Of a DNA stretch of 64,000 bases, positions 61,304 through 64,000 are shown in pieces; the stretch's first letter is position 1; each line of letters opens with the position of its first letter. Where the stretch lies: positions 32,001 to 96,000 of the forward strand of contig JBFMAF010000043.1 of the NCBI GenBank assembly GCA_040755995.1, in the 5' to 3' direction. Source of the stretch: Acidobacteriota bacterium (lineage in GTDB: Bacteria > Acidobacteriota > CAIWXX01). Position numbers and translations under genes: made by a program. The notes beneath the pieces were generated by a model. That model did no database searches, had not been told where the DNA came from, and was given only the letters and a program-made list of their open reading frames with translations.

Positions 61304-61881
61304 AGGGCCTTCTGCGCCTCCTCCCCGCACGCGAACCCCTCGTCGAACGCCCGCAAGTTGATCTCCTCCGTTCCCTTCGGCACCGATGATGCAACGGCGC
61401 CGCGCAGCGCATCACGCGAGACGACACCGGTCGCCCCGGAGAGAAAACCAAGCACCACCATGTTGAGGACGATGCGACGGCCGAGCTTGTCGGCAAGGCG
61501 CGTGGCCGGAACCTTCAGCACCTGCCGGTTCTGCTCGACGGCCGCGTCGAGCTGAACGAGGTCGTCATCGATCACGAGAAGCGCCTGGGAGGGGCGAGTC
61601 GCTCCGTGCTTCAGGTAGGCGTCCTGCGAGAGAACCACGACCAGGTCCGGCGAGATCACGCGCGGGTAGTCGATGTCGCCGTCGGCGATGACCACTTCCG
61701 AGAGGCACGACCCCCCTCGAGACTCCGGTCCGTAGCTCTGAGCCATCACCGCGTTGCGCCCCTCGTCGACCGCCGCTGCGCGGCCCAGGATGTAGCCCGC
61801 CATGACGATGCCCTGGCCGCCGAAGCCGCTCAGCTTCACCTCGATGCGCTTCTTCCCTGTCAGCGTAGATGTTTGGCTCAT
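61300..61881 (-). CDS. korC: 2-oxoacid:ferredoxin oxidoreductase gamma subunit
   Basis: SGFGGQG, QSYGPESRGG. Confidence 0.88.
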   Translation of the reverse strand: MSQTSTLTGKKRIEVKLSGFGGQGIVMAGYILGRAAAVDEGRNAVMAQSYGPESRGGSCLSEVVIADGDIDYPRVISPDLVVVLSQDAYLKHGATRPSQALLVIDDDLVQLDAAVEQNRQVLKVPATRLADKLGRRIVLNMVVLGFLSGATGVVSRDALRGAVASSVPKGTEEINLRAFDEGFACGEEAQKAL

Positions 61882-61888
61882 CTGCTCC

Positions 61889-62800
61889 TCATTTCGCTCT
61901 GGCGGCCTTCCCTTGCGCCCTCGGATCGATCTCCCCGCGGACCACGTCCAGGAAGGTCGGCTGGGATTTCTCCACGAACTTGCCGACGACGATCCTGCCG
62001 CCTAGGCGCAGGTCGCAGCTCTCGAGCGGAGCGAAGTTGATCACTTCGGCGTTGTCTCTGTAATAGCGCATCTCGCTCACCGCATCCCCCCGCTTGTTGA
62101 ATCGCCCGTAGTAGATGGGGCAGGGTGAGATGATTTCGATGAAGGCGAAGCCCTTGTGCTTGAGCGCTTCGACCATGGAGCGGCGGATGCGACCGAGGTC
62201 GAGGACCGTCCAACGGGCGACATAGGTGGCTCCGGCTGCGGCCACCAGGTACGGGACGTTGAACGACGCCTCCGCGTTTCCGTAGGGAGTCGTCGTGGTG
62301 CGGGCGCCGGTGTGAGAGCTGGGGCCCGCCTGGCCGCCGGTCATTCCGTAGTTGAAGTTGTTCACGCAGACCACGGTCAGGTCGGCATTGCGGCGCGCGG
62401 CATGGATGAGGTGGTTGCCGCCGATGGCGAGCAGATCGCCGTCTCCGCTGAGCACCACGACTTCGAGCGACGGGTTGCCGACGTGCAAACCGAGCGCGAA
62501 CGGGATGGCGCGGCCGTGCGTCGTGTGGAACGTGTCGCAATTCATGTACCCGCTGATCCGGCCGCTGCATCCGATGCCCGAGACTGTCGCCAACCGATTC
62601 AGATCTACTTCCGCCTCTTTCAACGCCTGCGTGAAGCAGCCCATCGTGATGCCCACACCGCAACCCGAGCACCAGATGTGTGGGATGCGGTCTGACCTCA
62701 GAGCCCACTCGGTCGGATGCTCCAGTGCTTCCTCGATCATCTCCCCCGACCAATGCTCGTCCGGATCGATCCCCGCCTCATGTTCACGCGTCATCTGCAT
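61889..62800 (-). CDS. korB: 2-oxoacid:ferredoxin oxidoreductase beta (TPP-binding) subunit
   Basis: WCSGCG, GIGCS, HGRA, GDGD..GGNH, NNFNYGMTGGQ. Confidence 0.92.
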   Translation of the reverse strand: MQMTREHEAGIDPDEHWSGEMIEEALEHPTEWALRSDRIPHIWCSGCGVGITMGCFTQALKEAEVDLNRLATVSGIGCSGRISGYMNCDTFHTTHGRAIPFALGLHVGNPSLEVVVLSGDGDLLAIGGNHLIHAARRNADLTVVCVNNFNYGMTGGQAGPSSHTGARTTTTPYGNAEASFNVPYLVAAAGATYVARWTVLDLGRIRRSMVEALKHKGFAFIEIISPCPIYYGRFNKRGDAVSEMRYYRDNAEVINFAPLESCDLRLGGRIVVGKFVEKSQPTFLDVVRGEIDPRAQGKAARAK

Positions 62801-62817
62801 GAGTCACCTCTCAACGC

Positions 62818-62962
62818 GCATTCCGCATTTCTCCATACTCGGGTTTCCGGACTCTGAACTCCGATGTCCGGATTCCGCATTCCGCACTCCGCATTCCGCA
62901 TTTCTCCGGATTCCGTTCTCGGGATTTCTGATTCCGCATTCAGCATTCCGCATTCCGCATTC
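62818..62962. repeat. Degenerate heptamer repeat array (ATTCCGC)
   Basis: Many attccgc/actccgc/attcagc units filling the intergenic gap. Confidence 0.85.
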
Positions 62963-62963
62963 T

Positions 62964-63818
62964 CTACATGTCTTTTGGCATCGTCTGCATCTGGGCCCAG
63001 GTCACCACCGGGCCGTCGCGACAGACGAAGAACGGGCCGATGTTGCATCGCCCGCAGAGTCCGATGCCGCACTTCATCTTGTTCTCGAGAGTGGTAACGA
63101 CCTGTTGCGGCGAGTACCCGAGCTTTTCGAGCGAGAGAAACATGAAGTGAAGCATGACCGGGGGCCCGCAGACGACGACGGCGCGGCCGTCGGGACCGAG
63201 CGCAAGGCGTTCGAAGACGTGCGGGAGCAGCCCGACTTCGCCATCCCACTCCGGCGTCTCTCCCCCTGGGTCAACCGTCCGGACGACGCGGACGCCATCC
63301 TTCTTCTGCCATTCCCACATCTCCTCTCGATAGACCAGGTCCGAGGCCGTCCGAGCACCGTTCAGGATCACGATCTGGCCGAACTCCGCGCGACGGTCGA
63401 GGACGTACTGGATCGGCGATCTCAGGGCGGCCATTCCGATGCCGCCGCCGATGAACATGAGGTCTCTGCCTTTCCAATCAGCAACCGGGAAGGTGTTGCC
63501 GTAGGGGCCGCGAAACCCGATGATCTCGCCTGAAGCCAGACCGCGCAGCGCGTTCGTCACCTTGCCGATTGCGCGAAAAGTGCATTCGATTCTCACGTCG
63601 CCGCCCGCGGGCCGCAGCGGCGGGGCGTTGGCGATCGTGAACACGCATTCCCCTGCTCCCCAGACTGTGAAGTGCCCGAACTGGCCCGGTCCCCATGCTG
63701 TCGAGAACTCGCGCGCCGCCTCCCGATCCAGAAAATCCAGCTCGAGAGTCCGCACGTCCGGCGTCTCATCGCGGACTCCGACGATGCGCATCAGGTCGGG
63801 CCGGTATGGATTGTCCAT
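62964..63818 (-). CDS. FAD/NAD(P)-binding oxidoreductase subunit (FlxA/AsrB/HydG-like)
   Basis: PGQF, RGPYGN, GGGIG, MKCGIGLCGRC..CRDGPV. Confidence 0.88.
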   Translation of the reverse strand: MDNPYRPDLMRIVGVRDETPDVRTLELDFLDREAAREFSTAWGPGQFGHFTVWGAGECVFTIANAPPLRPAGGDVRIECTFRAIGKVTNALRGLASGEIIGFRGPYGNTFPVADWKGRDLMFIGGGIGMAALRSPIQYVLDRRAEFGQIVILNGARTASDLVYREEMWEWQKKDGVRVVRTVDPGGETPEWDGEVGLLPHVFERLALGPDGRAVVVCGPPVMLHFMFLSLEKLGYSPQQVVTTLENKMKCGIGLCGRCNIGPFFVCRDGPVVTWAQMQTMPKDM

Positions 63819-63822
63819 CGAA

Positions 63823-63999
63823 TCAGCTCCGCTCGCTCGCCCCGACCTCGTTCCGCTGCGCCTCCACAACCGCGCGCACAGCTTCGTAGATATCAATGCC
63901 TGCCGGGCACAGCAAGATGCAGCGCCCGCACCCGACGCACATCAAGCGCCCATCCCGCTCCATAGGGAAGTACGCGAACTTGTGCAGGACCCGCTGGCG
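63823..63999 (-). CDS. C-terminus of a 4Fe-4S protein (FlxB/AsrA-like), partial
   Basis: The reverse strand reads RQRVLHKFAYFP..CVGCGRCILLCP..stop. Confidence 0.8.
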   Translation of the reverse strand, partial: RQRVLHKFAYFPMERDGRLMCVGCGRCILLCPAGIDIYEAVRAVVEAQRNEVGASERS

Positions 64000-64000
64000 A

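Overview
This is a GC-rich bacterial chromosomal window. The Hanks kinases, TPR proteins, NfnAB and Hdr/Flx-like genes suggest a facultative or anaerobic Acidobacteriota-like organism (inference only). Housekeeping and metabolic genes include acs (fused to an RsbW-like domain), large-type purL, nfnAB, ispE, carbamate kinase, yjbQ, korB/korC, a CCG-domain Fe-S oxidoreductase, Flx/AsrAB-like genes, a GH9 hydrolase and several MFS transporters. Three toxin-antitoxin-like pairs are present. No rRNA, tRNA, CRISPR array, integrase or transposase was recognised. The best candidate for a new system lies at 33.9-41.1 kb: an MvhAG-like group 3 [NiFe]-hydrogenase without MvhD/Hdr or diaphorase partners. 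It is flanked by two V4R-like proteins (one fused to a 2x[4Fe-4S] ferredoxin) and lies directly downstream of three Roadblock/LC7-domain genes (one with DUF4388), which suggests an H2/redox-sensing signalling module. Other notable signals: (i) a 130-180 bp non-autonomous element in four copies, bounded by (C)TAG-like ends, one of which cleanly splits a nucleotidyltransferase gene; (ii) two displaced copies of the oxidoreductase 3' end, each joined to the same ~100 bp arm, delimiting tandem gene cassettes; (iii) RsbW-Acs and DUF2975-histidine kinase fusions. All family calls come from reading motifs by eye, not from database searches.
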